This document shows, piece by piece, positions 13,880 through 27,108 of a DNA stretch of 64,000 nucleotides. A program made the translations under genes and the position numbers. This DNA is from Euglena gracilis (Eukaryota), in the NCBI GenBank assembly GCA_039621445.1, contig CP154954.1, positions 48,649,847 to 48,713,846 on the forward strand, in the 5' to 3' direction. Below the pieces are notes generated by a model, which made no database searches, was not told where the DNA came from, and saw only the letters and a list, made by a program, of their open reading frames with translations. Positions within the stretch are counted from its first letter, which is position 1, and every line of letters starts with the position of its first letter.

Positions 13880-14105
13880 TCTACAAATACACAATTACAC
13901 AAATGCACATATACACAAGTGATGCAGGATGCGGGGATGCGGCTATTGGAGCGGGATGCAGCGATGCAGGTGCAGCCACTGATGCAGGGATGCGGGTTCG
14001 GCTTTCGGAGCGGATGCGGAGGTGCAAGTGTGTGGTTATTGGAGCAGATGCGGGGATGCAGCACGCTGTTGTGTGGCAGTGGATGTGGCTGCTGGAGCGG
14101 ATGTG

Positions 14106-14528
14106 AGTAACCCCCCCCCAAATATAAAAACCCCCCAAATACAAACCCCCCCCAAATATAAAACCCCCCCTGAGGACCTTGAAATCCCGCCCAAATATAA
14201 CCCCCCCCCCTCCGGCGCGAAGCGCCGGAAGGAAAAATTTTCGACAAAATATCTCCCAAAATTGTCATTTTTGGCAGATTTGGGAACAATTTTTACCAAA
14301 AACATGTGAAAATTGCTCCTTCGCCCGAAAAATGAAGTTTTTGGACCCCCAAGGGTGGGCGTATTTGTTATTTTGGACCAAAAAAAGTGACTACTGGATC
14401 CTGCCAGGAAGTTGATTTTTCCGACCGAATATAAAACCCCTCCCAAATATAAAACCCCCCTCGGGGTCTTGAAATTTCCGCCCAATTATAAAACCGGGGG
14501 GGGTTTATATTTGGGGGGGGGGGTTACT
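14106..14528. mobile_element. MITE with AGTAACCCCCCCCCAAATATAAA TIR (Tc2/pogo-like terminus)
   Basis: Terminal inverted repeat plus repeated CCCCCCAAATATAA units. Related elements at ~34534-34896, ~40472-40958, ~43070-43438, ~54123-54520 and ~58521-58979; lone end at 48877. Confidence 0.75.
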
Positions 14529-16519
14529 GGAGCAGATGTGGGTGCTGGAGTGGAATGCAGGAACGGGGGTGTAGGAACACCAAAAAAAATTACCAAAAAT
14601 TGGATGAAGTCGCAAAAAGAGTGGCCAGAAGAAGCCAAAAGTGGTCAAGGAGCAGCCAAAAGTGACCAAAAGTGAACAAAAAGTGGCTAAAAGTGATCAA
14701 AGTTGGCCAAGAGCAGCATAAAGGACCAAAAGTTTTGGTTGTTTTAGTGCTTTATCAGGGTTTTGGTTGGACCCATCCTCCCTTGGGAGGGTATTTTTTC
14801 TGACCAAAAAACCCATATGGTTGGTGTTCCCACTTCCAATGGCATGGGTGCAGATCGACCACCCACGCACCAATTTTTTCCACCTGCTCATTCCGTTCCA
14901 TGTCTAACTGTCATCTCAGCTGATAGTTGTGATAATGGAAAAGAGTTGCAGTAATGCAGTGCAAGATTTCTTGGTTTTTCCATTTCTTTGTTCGCATACA
15001 CAAAAATTACAGAAGTTTGCAAAACAAAGCATACCACATCAAAAAAAATCAGAAAAATGGCAGACCACAGTGAAGTTTGAAGCACAAATTAAAAAATTCG
15101 TACACCACGTCTACATGATGAACCTCCCCTCCTTTCCCCTGTTCCGTCAGAAATAAAGAGAGGGCATTTGACTCTTTCGTTTTTCCAGTCACAATTCATA
15201 TTTATTCGTGATAATATGATTGACAACTGGCCCCAAATTGACAAAAACGGACGAAAAGTGCCCAAAGTTGCGACATTTAAGCCAAAAAAAAGGGAAAAAG
15301 TGGCCAACGATTCCAGCAGAGATTGATGATGTGCCATTCACCCGTGGTACGCCTCGTTATAAACATTTAACCTTTTGATAGCATTTGCCAGGAATTAACA
15401 CTGTGACATGTGACAACGAACCCTCTCTGAGGTCTTAGGTGCTTGGGCATCATCCCATATGGCGGACCGCAGTGGACTGCACACAACCGCTGACCGACGC
15501 CCCCCACCCCCCAGCCCCCCCCCCCAAACCCAAAACCAGGGCTGTGAGGGAATCCCCGAAACCCTTTTGGTGGTGGAAGGGGTCCAACCCCCTCCCACCA
15601 CGCTCTTCCGTATTTCCGGGGGCGCCGATTTTGGCCAAAGTTGTCTTTCGGCGCTGAAGATTGTTTTCTCTATTTCAACCCAATTTCAACTCTCTTTGTG
15701 TGCGTGTTGACCATCCCTCCAATTAACTCCATCCCTCTAATTAACAGCATAACTCCCCTTTTATTTTCCAGCGCTTTTTCTTTGTAATGTCTTTTTGTGT
15801 GCATGTTGACCTCACCTTATTTCTTCAATTAGCATCATATATAAAATGCATGCAAAAGGAGTTGGCAGAAAGATGGAGTGAATTGAATATTGCCACGTGT
15901 ATGACAGAAAGAAAAACTCACGGGATGATCTCTTCTTGCTTTATTTGTGTTGCGCAGGACCACTGCATTACATCACACAGAGGGGTCTTGTGCCAAACAA
16001 TTCGGTTGCCTCCAGTTGCCTAATTCCTGTCCCAGATTCTCGTGATACATCTCTGCACATGCGGAGGAGGAGGCTCTCGAGTCTCCTCGAACTTCCTTGA
16101 ACGATGTTCGAGGAGAGCCTCCTCCTACGGAGCCTCTACCACAAACCACCTGGGGGGGTCGACCCCCCCCACCAAGGCTTCCCACACAGCCCTGACCCCA
16201 CCCCAACCCCCTCCCCCCCCCAACCCGCTGCGGCTCTCTCCGACGGATGCCTGTCCCCTCCCTCCGTCCGTCCGCCATCCGCCAGGCCGACAGGCAACAC
16301 CCCAGGGGCCTTACAGCGGAAGACCCACTGGCTTGCTGCCCGCCGGTGCCCCGGCCAAAACCATAGCAACCCCAGACACCGTCATTGCCTTGGAGTGTGC
16401 TCCCTCGGTGCGGTGATTGCTTCCTCAGTGCCGTGCCCCAGGGAGAGTTTGCCACGCTGATAAAGGAGAAATGGACTCAAATAATCAAACCCAGTGGGAA
16501 TTCCCGGATCAGGAACAGG

Positions 16520-16863
16520 CAATTGCTTAAGCATTGACCGACCCCCCCCCCCCCCGGGGGGTGGGTGACTGGTTTTTTCAGAGTGACTGACTGGTTTTTG
16601 GCCCGGACCCCCTCCCCCCCCCCGGGGGGGGTTGGCCAGGAGTGGGCAAAAGTGGCTTGAGTGACCCCGGCGCCGAAGGCGCCGGAAAATTTTTTGGGCC
16701 TAAAATGGCTTAAAGTGACTGGAAAGTGGCCGTTTTTCTGAGTGGCCGACCCTCCGGGGGGGGGGGGTAGTGACTGGCTGGTTTTTTGAAAATGAGTGAC
16801 TGACTGGTTTTTAAAAAAGTGGAGTGCCCCCCCCTCCCCCCCCCGGGGGTCGGTAAGCAATTG
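16520..16863. mobile_element. MITE family with GTGACTGACTGGTTTT repeats and a central GGCGCCGAAGGCGCC hairpin
   Basis: CAATTGCTTA...ACCGACCCCC / GGGGGTCGGTAAGCAATTG termini. Other copies: 9425-9706, ~4755-4925, ~38500-39060 (reverse), ~42305-42500, ~55185-55390. Confidence 0.75.
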
Positions 16864-17812
16864 TATGATCAGGAAGTTGAAGGAGGTGGGGGTGGGGGGT
16901 AAGACACATTTCCACCCTCTCGCGGAAAGCGTCACCTCGACAAGTTCCCGCTGAAATGGTATGTTGGAAAATTTTGGGTGTTTTGCTGACAGATTTTGCT
17001 GTTTGCAGAAATTTGTTGTGCACTACAAAATAAACCGTTTGCGGGGCAGGATCGATGTTTTTTTTAGTCGGGTGCCTACCCCACCCCGGGGGGGATACTA
17101 GGGCAGGCACCCCATAACACCCCTGCCGACCCCCGGGGTGGGGGGGTGGGGTTTCGGGGGTGGGTTGGGGCACCCCTGTCCGGCTACCGATCCTGTTTTC
17201 TTTACCCTTTTGGCAAGGACCCACCCGACCCTGGGTTCCCCGGGCTGCCCTGCCCCCCCCCCCCCCCGAGCGGGGTGTGCCTGCAATGGGCAGGCAGGCA
17301 CCCTATGGCACCCACCCACCCCCCTCTCCCCCGGTTGGTAAAAAAAACCTGGGCTGGATTTCCAAGAGGGGAAAAGAGAGGCCATCACCGCCCCCCCCCC
17401 AATGAGGACGTCACCTTCCGGACTGGGAATTTGTCACCCCGGCTTGCATTCATTGAATGATTATGTTGGAAAGGTGTCAATTTCCCTGTGGGGGTACCAT
17501 CAAACTTTCCACGCCAATCTTTTTGGTGGTGAGACACCATTCTTTTTTGACAAACCTGCGGTGCCGACCCCCCCCCCAACAGAGAAGTATGGCTCGCTTG
17601 GGCAACTGCAAGGCCTCTTTTGCCTCCCCAGCATCGGTGGTGCAATTTCCAAATATTTTTGACAGATCTCTTGCAGCAATGAGGGGAAGGGGCAGGCAAT
17701 CGAGATGCTTCTTCCCTCTTCTGATCAAAGTCCTGACAAAATGACAGAAAACAAAAACGATGGGGCTTAATTTGTCCCATCATTTGCCCGCCTCAAATTT
17801 CTAGCACTCCTT

Positions 17813-17997
17813 CACAGGGTTCTCCCTCTTATATCAAAAGGGGGGGACGCCAGTTCTGTCGTGAACCCGGCGTCCCCGGACGCCGGGTTCACGACAGAAC
17901 CGGCGTCCCCCCCCCCTTGTTTAAAGCGGCGTTTTTGGGACGCCGGGTTCAGGACAGAACCGGCGTTCTCCCCCTTTAGGCAAGGGAGCACAACCGT
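17813..17997. mobile_element. Small MITE with an internal ~36-bp near-perfect hairpin
   Basis: GGACGCCAGTTCTGTCGTGAACCCGGCGTCC-cc-GGACGCCGGGTTCACGACAGAACCGGCGTCC (hairpin 17840-17913); a third arm copy at ~17938-17966; imperfect terminal IR. Confidence 0.65.
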
Positions 17998-18396
17998 ATC
18001 CAAAACCCTAACTCTAACCCTGACCGTATCCCTGACCCTAACCCTAACCATATCCCTAACCCCAACCCTAACCCTAACTGTATCCCAACCCTAACCCTGA
18101 CTGTATCCCACTATGTCCCAAACCCCGTGTCCCTAACCCTAACTGTAACCATATCCCTAACCCTAACCCTAAACCCTAACTGCATCTCTGACCCTAACCC
18201 TAACCCTAACCTTCACCCTAACCTTAGCCTTAAACGTATCCCTAACCCTAACCTGAACCCTAACCGTATCCCTAACCCTAATCCAACCCCTAATCCTAAC
18301 CCTAGCTGCGTCCCTGACCCTATCCTTATCTCGAACTGTAACCGTGTCCCTAACCCTAACCCAAACCCTAACTCTAACCGTATCCTGAACCCTAAC
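17998..18396 (+). repeat. Degenerate interstitial telomere-like (CCCTAA)n array, left part
   Basis: CCCTAA units interspersed with CCGTAT/CTGTAT/CCGTGT. Confidence 0.9.
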
Positions 18397-19858
18397 CAAG
18401 CACCTATAGCTAAAATGGCCTAAAATGGCCTAAAATGGCCTAAAATGGCCTAAAATGACTTTTTGACCCCCTATAGGTGGGGGTCCCTAAAATGGCCTAA
18501 AATGGCCTAAAATGGCCTAAAATGGCCTAAAATCGGAAAATTTTTGTTGCACAACAATTTTTTTTGTGAACAATTGTAGCCATTCAGGTAATGACTTTTG
18601 GTGTCTTTTGTCAATGTGGACGGCGAACAGTGGATTTGGTGGAGGAGCACAGCCCCACAAGACCCATTTTTTTTATCTCAACTAATAATAGTATCAGTTC
18701 CCAAATCCACGTTCCCCAGCCTTCTTTTGGTAGCTGAATTTTGGGGGATTTTCCAAAACCACAAATAATCACGCCGAATGATCAAATGACCTAAACAACT
18801 ACAAACAATTATGAATGAGATTCTCTCTTATTTATGAACGTCTTCAGAGGGTTTTCTTTTTAGTGTTAAGTTTCTCCAAGGGGGAAACAAAACACGGAGA
18901 AGAGGAATTGTTTTCAGCTTTGCCCTTTGATCTCTGCAATCGCCAAAAAAGGCCCAAATGGCTAAAACAATGCCAAAATCAAATTGAATTTCACCAGGCA
19001 ACAGCATCAAATTTGGCGTTGGACCGAAAATCCCCAAATGCCGTCTAAGGTTGGGGGTGTCTTATGGCGTGGGTGGGGTCTCTTATATTTGGGGGGAGGT
19101 TAAGGCTTGGGAGTCAATCTGCAGGTACCAACTTTGTATGCATAACCCCTTTTTTTGTGCAAAGCCTGCTGGAAGTTTGACACTCGTGCAAACTTGCTCT
19201 CTCATCATCACGTCATAGTGGCCTGTGAATACCCAACAAAAAAAGTCTCCACTCATTACGCTCAATTCCCCCACCTTCTCGAGTTAAACCCCTCAAAATT
19301 GCTCCGCACACAACACACAACCTAAAATTTTGGGAAACATATATTTTGGACCAGATGGGAAAAATATAAGCCACGTGCAGACAATGAAGATGAATTATTC
19401 CCCCAGAAAAGTCAGAAACTTCTTTTTGCGAAATCCCTTAAAATGGTATAGATTTCACAAAATACAAAAAACTGGACGCTTTTTTGGCAGCGCAAATAAA
19501 ATCTTTTATATTTGCCCAACGTTTTTTTCCCTGAAAATTTTTCACTGCCAAAAATTCTTACTGTTCAGAATTCCTCTATGGGCATGAATTAAGATTTGTT
19601 GAGCTTCCCATGGTTTTGATCCAGTGTTCATGAATTTTGCATGCTTTTTTGGATGTACATTACTCATTACTGAATAAGAGAAGGTTCGCACACGTTATCA
19701 TGCAGTTTTCGGGCAAAAATGACGCAAAATTATGATTTTCAGAACCCCCACCTATACCTTAAAATGGCCTAAAATGGCCTAAAATGGCCTAAAATGGCCT
19801 AAAATGGCCTACAATGGCCAAAAATGGGGGAATTTTTGGGCTTGACTATAGGTGCTTG
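18397..19858. mobile_element. hAT-type non-autonomous element with (AAAATGGCCT)n subterminal arrays
   Basis: TIR CAAGCACCTATAG...CTATAGGTGCTTG; 8-bp TSD ACCCTAAC (18389-18396 / 19859-19866). Confidence 0.9.
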
Positions 19859-20132
19859 ACCCTAACCCTAACTCTAACTGTATCCCGAACCCTAACCCTA
19901 ACTCTAACCGTGTCCCTAACTCTAACACTGACCGTATCCCTAACCCTAACCCTGACCCTGACTGTATCCCTAGCCCTAACCCTAACCGTGTCCTTAACCT
20001 TGACACTAACCGTGTCCCTAACCCCAACCCTGACCGCATCCCGCATGTCCCATAACCCTCTCCCTAAATGTGTCCCTAACCCAAGCCCTAACCCCACCCT
20101 ATCCCTAACCCCAACCCTAACCCCAACCCTAA
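19859..20132 (+). repeat. Degenerate interstitial telomere-like (CCCTAA)n array, right part
   Basis: Continues the left array after the hAT insertion. Confidence 0.9.
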
Positions 20133-20781
20133 TTCCCCCAGGACAGAACGGGAATCGACCAAAAAGCCAGGGTGGTGGGTGGGGGGGGGGTCGACCCCCC
20201 CCACCACCTCTTCCCGTATTTCCGGGAGCACCACTTTCTGGACCCGAAAATTTTTTACGGTGCCTTCGGCGCCAGGTGTATTTTGGACCCATTTTGGGAC
20301 CCTTATCGGAGGTCCCCCCAAAACCGCCCCAAAACCCCATTTTTTCACACCTTCCAAAAATTCAACGTTTTCTCAAAATTTTGATTTTGAGAGGTTTTTG
20401 AAGCAAAAATTGCCATTGAGAATCCAAAAAAAATCCAAGAGAAAATTCTCAGTAAAATTGATTGTACCAAAATTTCGCACAATTTTTTGTCGTTCGTTTT
20501 TTTCACCCCCCCCAAAACTACCCATTTTTAAACCTGAAATTTTTGAGATTTTCTTGTTAAAAAAAATGTGGTTTTCCATCAAAAAAATCATGTATTTTGT
20601 GTTCATTTTTCAAAAAAAATTCAAAAATTTTCCCCAGCAAACGTCCCCGTTTTCCCAAATTTGGTGAAAATGCTGTGGTGGGTGGGGGGGGTCGACTCCC
20701 CCCACCAGGCCTTCCTGTTCTGCCCTGAGATACGTTGTTGAACTTCACAAACAAAGGGACGGAGTGATAGAAGATGGGGAG

Positions 20782-21975
20782 CAGGCACCTATGCCGACCG
20801 CAGCCGACCGCAGCCGACCGCAGCCGACCGCAGCCGACCGCGGGTTTCAGGACTGTCATAGGTGGGGTGCCGACCGCAGCCGACTGCAGCCGACCGCGCA
20901 ACTTTTTTCTAATTGATGTCAATTTTTCAGTGAGAATGAGGAATTAGGCTCATTTTTATCCCAGATGTTGAGATTTTTCTGGCTCATCTGGCTTATGTTG
21001 TCACCTTTGGCCACTTTTGGCCATTTTTGGCCATTTTTGGTCGCTTTCGGCCCATTTGTCACCGTAATTCACCCATTTTGACCTATTTTGACAATTTTTG
21101 GCCACTTTTTGCCCACTTCTTGTGATTTTGGGCCATTTTGTCCTGCTCTTGGGCCATTTTGGGCCATTTTTTGACCATTTAAAGCCATTTTCGACCTTTT
21201 CTTTTGTTATTTTTGCCCATTTTTTGGTCTCTTTTTGGTCCAATTTAACCATTTTGAGCATTTTGCGCCAGTTTGTTGCCAAAAGTGAACAAAAGCTGCT
21301 AAAGTGACCCAAATTGGCCAAAAGCAGGGTCATTTTGGGTCATTTTTGGCTTTTTTGGACCACTTTGGGCATTTTTATTTTTATTATTTTTTGCTGCTTT
21401 TGGAACTTTTGGCCATTTTAACCATTTTTTGCCATTTTTAGGCCATTTTTAGGTCACGTTTGACTGCTCTTGATGTCAAAAGCAACAAAAAGACGTTTAA
21501 AGTGGCCTGAAAGTGGCCAGAAGTGGGTGAAAATGGCCAAAAGCAGAGAAAAGTGGTCAAAAGTGGGCAAAAGAGGCCAAAAGTGGTTAAAAGAGGTCAA
21601 AGCAAAGCAAAAGCTGGCCAAAAGCAGCCAAAGCACAGCAAAAAGTGACCAAAGCAACAAAAGTGACCAAAAGAAAGCAAAAGGCAGGAAATAATGGGCA
21701 AAGGCAGCAAAAATCGACCAAAAGTCGGCAACAGTGGCCAAAAGCAGTCCAAAAGCATCAAAAATTGGCCAAAAGCAGCGAAAAGTGGCCAAAAGTCGGC
21801 AACAGTGGATTGTGTGATTGTGATATGCACTCATTTTTTGTTGGCCTGCCCCCCACCTACAGCCAACTACTTTGCCGACCGCTGCCGACCACAGCCGACC
21901 GCAGCCGACCGCAGCCAACCGCAGCCGACCGCAGCCGACCGCGGGCTAAAATTTGGAATCTGTCATAGATGCTTG
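20782..21975. mobile_element. hAT-type non-autonomous element with (GCCGACCGCA)n subterminal arrays
   Basis: TIR CAGGCACCTATG...CATAGATGCTTG; perfect 8-bp TSD ATGGGGAG (20774-20781 / 21976-21983). Confidence 0.9.
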
Positions 21976-24085
21976 ATGGGGAGGAAATCTGAGCAAAAGA
22001 CAGACGAGGAGTGTTTCACTGCTTTTTTTTCAACCAGAAATTTCATTCCCAGGAATGTTTTCTATCATTTTCGTTTCTTGTCATTGTTGTCCAGGCACCA
22101 TGTGTGGTGCTGCTCCCCATTGTTGGCCCCAAGTGAATGCCAGAGGGAGGGAGCAGCATCTCATCCCATCAGCGACTCACAGAGTGGTCTATGCTGCTTT
22201 TTTGGTTGATTCAACGACTTGAAACACTTGGAACCTCCCCTGCAGGCATGCTTCGTTTCCCCCTTGGGACGTCCGTCATTGAGATGTGATCCGTGCCTGC
22301 CCTGATGATGCCAAGCCACCCGGAGTATTTTGTCCAGGCTTTGGCCACAGGCTCGTCGCGCAGACGTCCTGGCCCATTGATGGCAGATTTTCTTTCCACC
22401 TTCCGGGTATCCACCCCCTTCCCGGGACTCTGTCACTTTGAGGTTGCCATTTTCCATCTCAGAAGGTTGTTGAATTTTTTCATTTTTCTGTCTGTGGTTT
22501 CACCGCTTGAGGTTGATGCTTTTTCATCCAAAGCACATTCGTGCTCACCGCCACATTGGTCGCAGCACTCCAACGCTTTGATACATTTTGGGGTGTCACG
22601 GTGTTATGGATGCATCCTCCCCAAAAAATTGTTGAAAATAACGTCGAGAAAATTCTTCGGGATGAAGCCCGAGGGTCCATTCCCATTCCCTGTCGTTCTG
22701 GATGCGGAATGGTTTCCACACATTTTTTGATCGGTTAATTTGTGTGATCATACAAAGATCAGCATGTCTTCTTTTTCATCAGACGATCTATGGGGAGTCT
22801 GGGATCGGTGTGCGCTGAGCCACCCCCCCCCACCATCACAGATTTTCACCTGGGAGTCTGGGCAGGGGTCGACCGAGGGCTCTACGGGAACCCCCGAAGC
22901 CCTGTACTGTGGGTGGGACGTGGGGGCGTGGGTCGACCCCCCCCCAACCCACCAGGGCACCCCGCAAGGAAAAAATCCCTTCGGTGCCGAAGGCGGCAAA
23001 GGAAGCATTTGACCTAAAAACCACGACCCCCCACCAGGATTGGGGTGGGGTGGGGGTGGTCGACCAACCCCACCCTGTGCCTGGCCCGCCGCTGGCCCGA
23101 ACGTGCATTGGCTCCCGGACCCGCCCTGCGACGTTCGCCCGGGGGCTGCCACCCCCACCTCTTTGGCGGCCGGGGCCTGGGGGCCTCGTTGGCGACCAGG
23201 CCGAGGCAGGCCGCCCGGTGGGCCGTGGCTGGCGGGGCGCGGCGGCCGCGGCGTGCGCGGTCTGCGGTGCCTGCGGTGTGCTGCTGGAACGCGGGGTCCG
23301 GGGGGGGGGGGGTGCGCCCCAGAGCGTGCCTGTGCTCTTTTGGGGTCTTCGGACAACCTCCGAAACCCCCGGGGGGTCGTTGGACACATGGTGTCATTGG
23401 ACTCATTCATGAATGAGTCGTTGGACTCATGCATTGCAACATTCAGTTATAATTATACTTAGGCGGCCTAACTTGCATTTAAGGTTTTGATTTTTAGCTT
23501 GCGCTTTGGCGCAAATTTTCAACCTTTCTGAGACCCGGCGGTAGAACCCACCCTTTTGACCCTCTAGTTCTGCGGAGACCCTCCACGGTGGCGTGTGCAT
23601 CATTTGCCGATGTTGGGACCTGGGGAACAGGCCCAATTTTGGTGTTTTTCAGCCTGTGCACCATTTTGAAAACGGTTCAAAACCCCGGGTTTGACCGCCG
23701 GGACACGTGAATTTTCCCAAAAAATTGCCAAACCCCCATTGTGAGTCCCTCGTTTTTGAAGCCTTGACTGTGTTCCCCAGATGGTGCTACACAGGCGGGG
23801 TGTAATTTGGCCTTTTTTGTTGCTTTTTTAGGCTCTGTCATGTGTCCGTGAAGGGTTGCCTGCTGAGGCATCCAGAGGGTGGACTCTATATACACGTTGT
23901 GAAAAGTTGGAAAAAACGGCATGTCACAGAGTTGTGATCCCTGGGTGCTTGAAGTGCAAGGAGCGGTACAGGGGGAACCACCCAGGTGGGGGGGGTTGGG
24001 GGTATTGAGGGCAAGCCCATGGACCTGTCCCAACGTCTGAGCAACTCCAGGCCCCACACTGCCGGGCACAGAAGGCAATGGTTAT

Positions 24086-24555
24086 GGACATTGCGCTTAA
24101 GCGCAAATTTTTAACTTGCACTTAAGCGCAATGTAAAAATTTGCACTTAAGCGCAAGTTAAAACAGAAGCCCCTGAGCTTATGGGAGTCCCTCTGATGTG
24201 TTACGGTGTGTCGGGGGCCCTTCTCTGCACGGCCAGTGTGCGGGCTTGGTGAGGAAATACATTGCACCAAAGCGCAAGGGACATGCCTACATAATGCACT
24301 GCTTGTTCATTCAGATTACACGTCAGCCGCCTGTTTGCACTTCTCAGTTTTTTGTATGATGTTTTGCGCTTCGGCGCAATGTATTTCCTCACCAAGCCCG
24401 CACACTGGCGTGCAGAGAGAAGCCCCCGACACACCGTAACACATCAGAGGGACTCACATAAGCTCAGGGGCTTCTGTTTTAACTTGCGCTTAAGCGCAAA
24501 TTTTTTACATTGCGCTTAAGCGTAAGTTAAAAATTTGCGCTTAAGCGCAATGTCC
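24086..24555. mobile_element. Foldback element with ~190-bp inverted arms
   Basis: 24086-24277 is the near-perfect reverse complement of 24364-24555; arms contain repeated TTGCGCTTAAGCGCAA palindromes. Confidence 0.9.
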
Positions 24556-26218
24556 TTTTAAATGGCAGATTCATTTGAATGTGTTCGTGCTGTGTGAGAA
24601 GGTGGACGATAGAGGAGAATGATGAGGGGGGTTTGAGCGCTGCTGCCTGAAGCTCAGTTGGGGCAACAGTTATCAATTTTGAATTTCTCATTTTTATCAC
24701 TGCGGGTGGAGAGAGCAGTCCTGGAAGGATCTCATTACCAGAGCGAACAGGGCTAAGGTGGAAGGAAGCCTTGCCTGGGACAGGAAGCCAACCCCCTGGT
24801 GTGTGCAAGCAACCACCAACTTCTTCATATCCAGACGTGTCTTGTCCTATGCGTTGCAAACCCAACTTCCAGTGCCAGAGGTTCCTCCCACTTGCCTCGC
24901 AGTTAAGCATGCCTGAGGGGCCCTTCTTTTTGGCCGACTTTTGAAAGTTGGAAAGCTTCTGTTTGGAAAAGAACAGGTACCAGATAAACCCTGGGAATCA
25001 CTACCGAGGAAACAGTTTTAGGCGCCGAAAGGGTGTTTAAAAGAAGCTCGTCACCCCCCTTTCCTCGCCCAGGATTTGAAGCACACAACTTTGGGGATGA
25101 GCGAATGCAATTGAGAAATGGAGAGGGTTCATCGACAACGGCGGAGAAGGGAAGAGATGCTGACACACCGTTTTTCGGTAATTTGCAACCCACCAGACAG
25201 CCACATCACACCGGGCAGATGGAGGGCATTGTTCAGCCGAAAAAGGTCTTTCTGTCAACATCCCAAAAAACCCCACTTTGTGCACTGAGGGCAAGGTCAG
25301 TGAGGCTCCACAACCCCACCGCCCACGATTCATCTGATTGTAACGGCCACTCCCTCCCCAGTGCCTGAATAGTTCAAAGGCAAGCGCAATGGGTAGATTT
25401 ATGAAATTTATGACTTACATTGTGCCAAAGCGCAATAGAAATGCGCTTTTTAAAATCGCAAAACAGCGTGGCTCTTGCGCCAACGCGCAATGTTGACCAA
25501 TTTTAAGGCAACGCGACTGAGAGTAGGCTTCCATCCCCCTATCCTGCATTTTTGTGCTCTATCACCTCCGGTGTTCATACTCTGCCATGGCTGTTCTCTC
25601 CCTCCATTGTGAGATAAGTTTTAAACAGTTATATTTGCGCTTCGGCGCAAGCCATGTTGCTTTTGCAATTTTGAAAATTGTATTTTTATTGCGCTTTGGC
25701 ACAATATAACTCTTAAATCTCCGTTCTTCATGAGCCTGCCCATTGCGCTTTGGCGCAATGGAAACACACGTTGACACAAAAGTCGTTATCATTGTGCAAG
25801 TGCGGCAATGGTCACCCACATGTTGAAATACAAAAAAGTTAAAAATTTGCGCCAAAGCGCAAATGGTTTTATTTTTTGTAATGAAAAAGAATTGTGCCAA
25901 AGCGCAAATGCACAATGGAGTCCGCTTGTTTCATCGCCCGGCGCTTTGTGTTCATGCACACTGGCCCCCGGGAGCGCTGTGCCCGTAGACCGTGGAGTTC
26001 CAAGTCGTTTGTTTCGTCCCCAGGCCCTGGGGTGCAGGGAGACACTATTTTCAGACTTCCCTGAGTCTCAGGCCTCGGTGTTCAAAAACAGAAAAAAAAT
26101 TTTGGATTTGCGCGTCGGCGCAAATTTACAGTCACTTTCAAAGCTAAGTGAGAGTTAGGCCACAGGAGGGCTGCCGTTGGCGGTTGTCTCGATTCCCCTC
26201 CGTACTTGTGTTTGGTTG

Positions 26219-27021
26219 TCAATGATTGGTTTCCAACGTTGACACGTCAAGTGCCGGGGAGCGCGTCCGTGTCCCCCACCCCTCTGTGGCGACCGCGCTC
26301 CTCGGCCCCGGCAGCCAGAGTTCGGTGGCCAGCATCTCCGCTCCTCCCCCGCAGGCTTCTTGGCGGCCTCCACCCGGGGCCTCGGCCGGGAGGTCCGGCA
26401 CAACGGTCTGCCGGCGGTCTTTTATCGGAGCCAGGTGGCTTTCTGCCCCTCCCCCCTCCGTGTCCCCCTGGATGGCGGTTTGGGTCCAGGCAGTGGGCTT
26501 CTTGGCTGGCCGCTTGGTTTGCGGTGCTCAAGCAACGACCTGTCCGAATCCAGTTGCCACCTCCTACCCTGTCCCATGACCTCCCTTACATATCCATCCC
26601 GATTAATAAAAAATTGGAATGTCAATCCGCCGAACAACAGCGCACAATTTTTCGCTATTCTCAGAGGTTGTATTTCACCTTGACATTGAATTTCACGGTG
26701 CCAAGCTTTTCACATGAACTTCAAGAAGCGAGCACAAGTTCTGGAGGAGAATTCCAGGGTTCATGCCTGGCTCGCTTTTTCGAGAATGCCGAAGGGAGGA
26801 GGCAATTTGTCGGCCGAATTTTGAAGAATTGCGACCGCCGTTGACACAACACTGAAAAAAATCTGGAGGGAAAATTCACAAAGTTACAAATTCTGCAAGA
26901 ACAATCCCATTTTTTTTCAAAGATCTTCTCTGCGATATTTTTATTTCATTTTCATATTCCATTTTTTCCCCCATTGTCCCTTTTTTTATCCACATTCAAC
27001 AAATTATGTTTTGCCACACGC

Positions 27022-27108
<87 letters not shown>

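Noticed and set aside
17998-20132. True telomere or chromosome end
   Set aside because: Highly degenerate, internal, with genes on both sides.
21000-21800. Lys/Trp- or Phe-rich ORFs in GGCCA(C)TTTT tracts (also 3000-3200, 5760-6110, 14580-14740, 39300-39560)
   Set aside because: Low-complexity repeat interiors, not protein coding.
24560-25370. Coding-looking unique sequence (also 30300-30800)
   Set aside because: No recognisable motif, frame breaks and no supported junctions; left unannotated.
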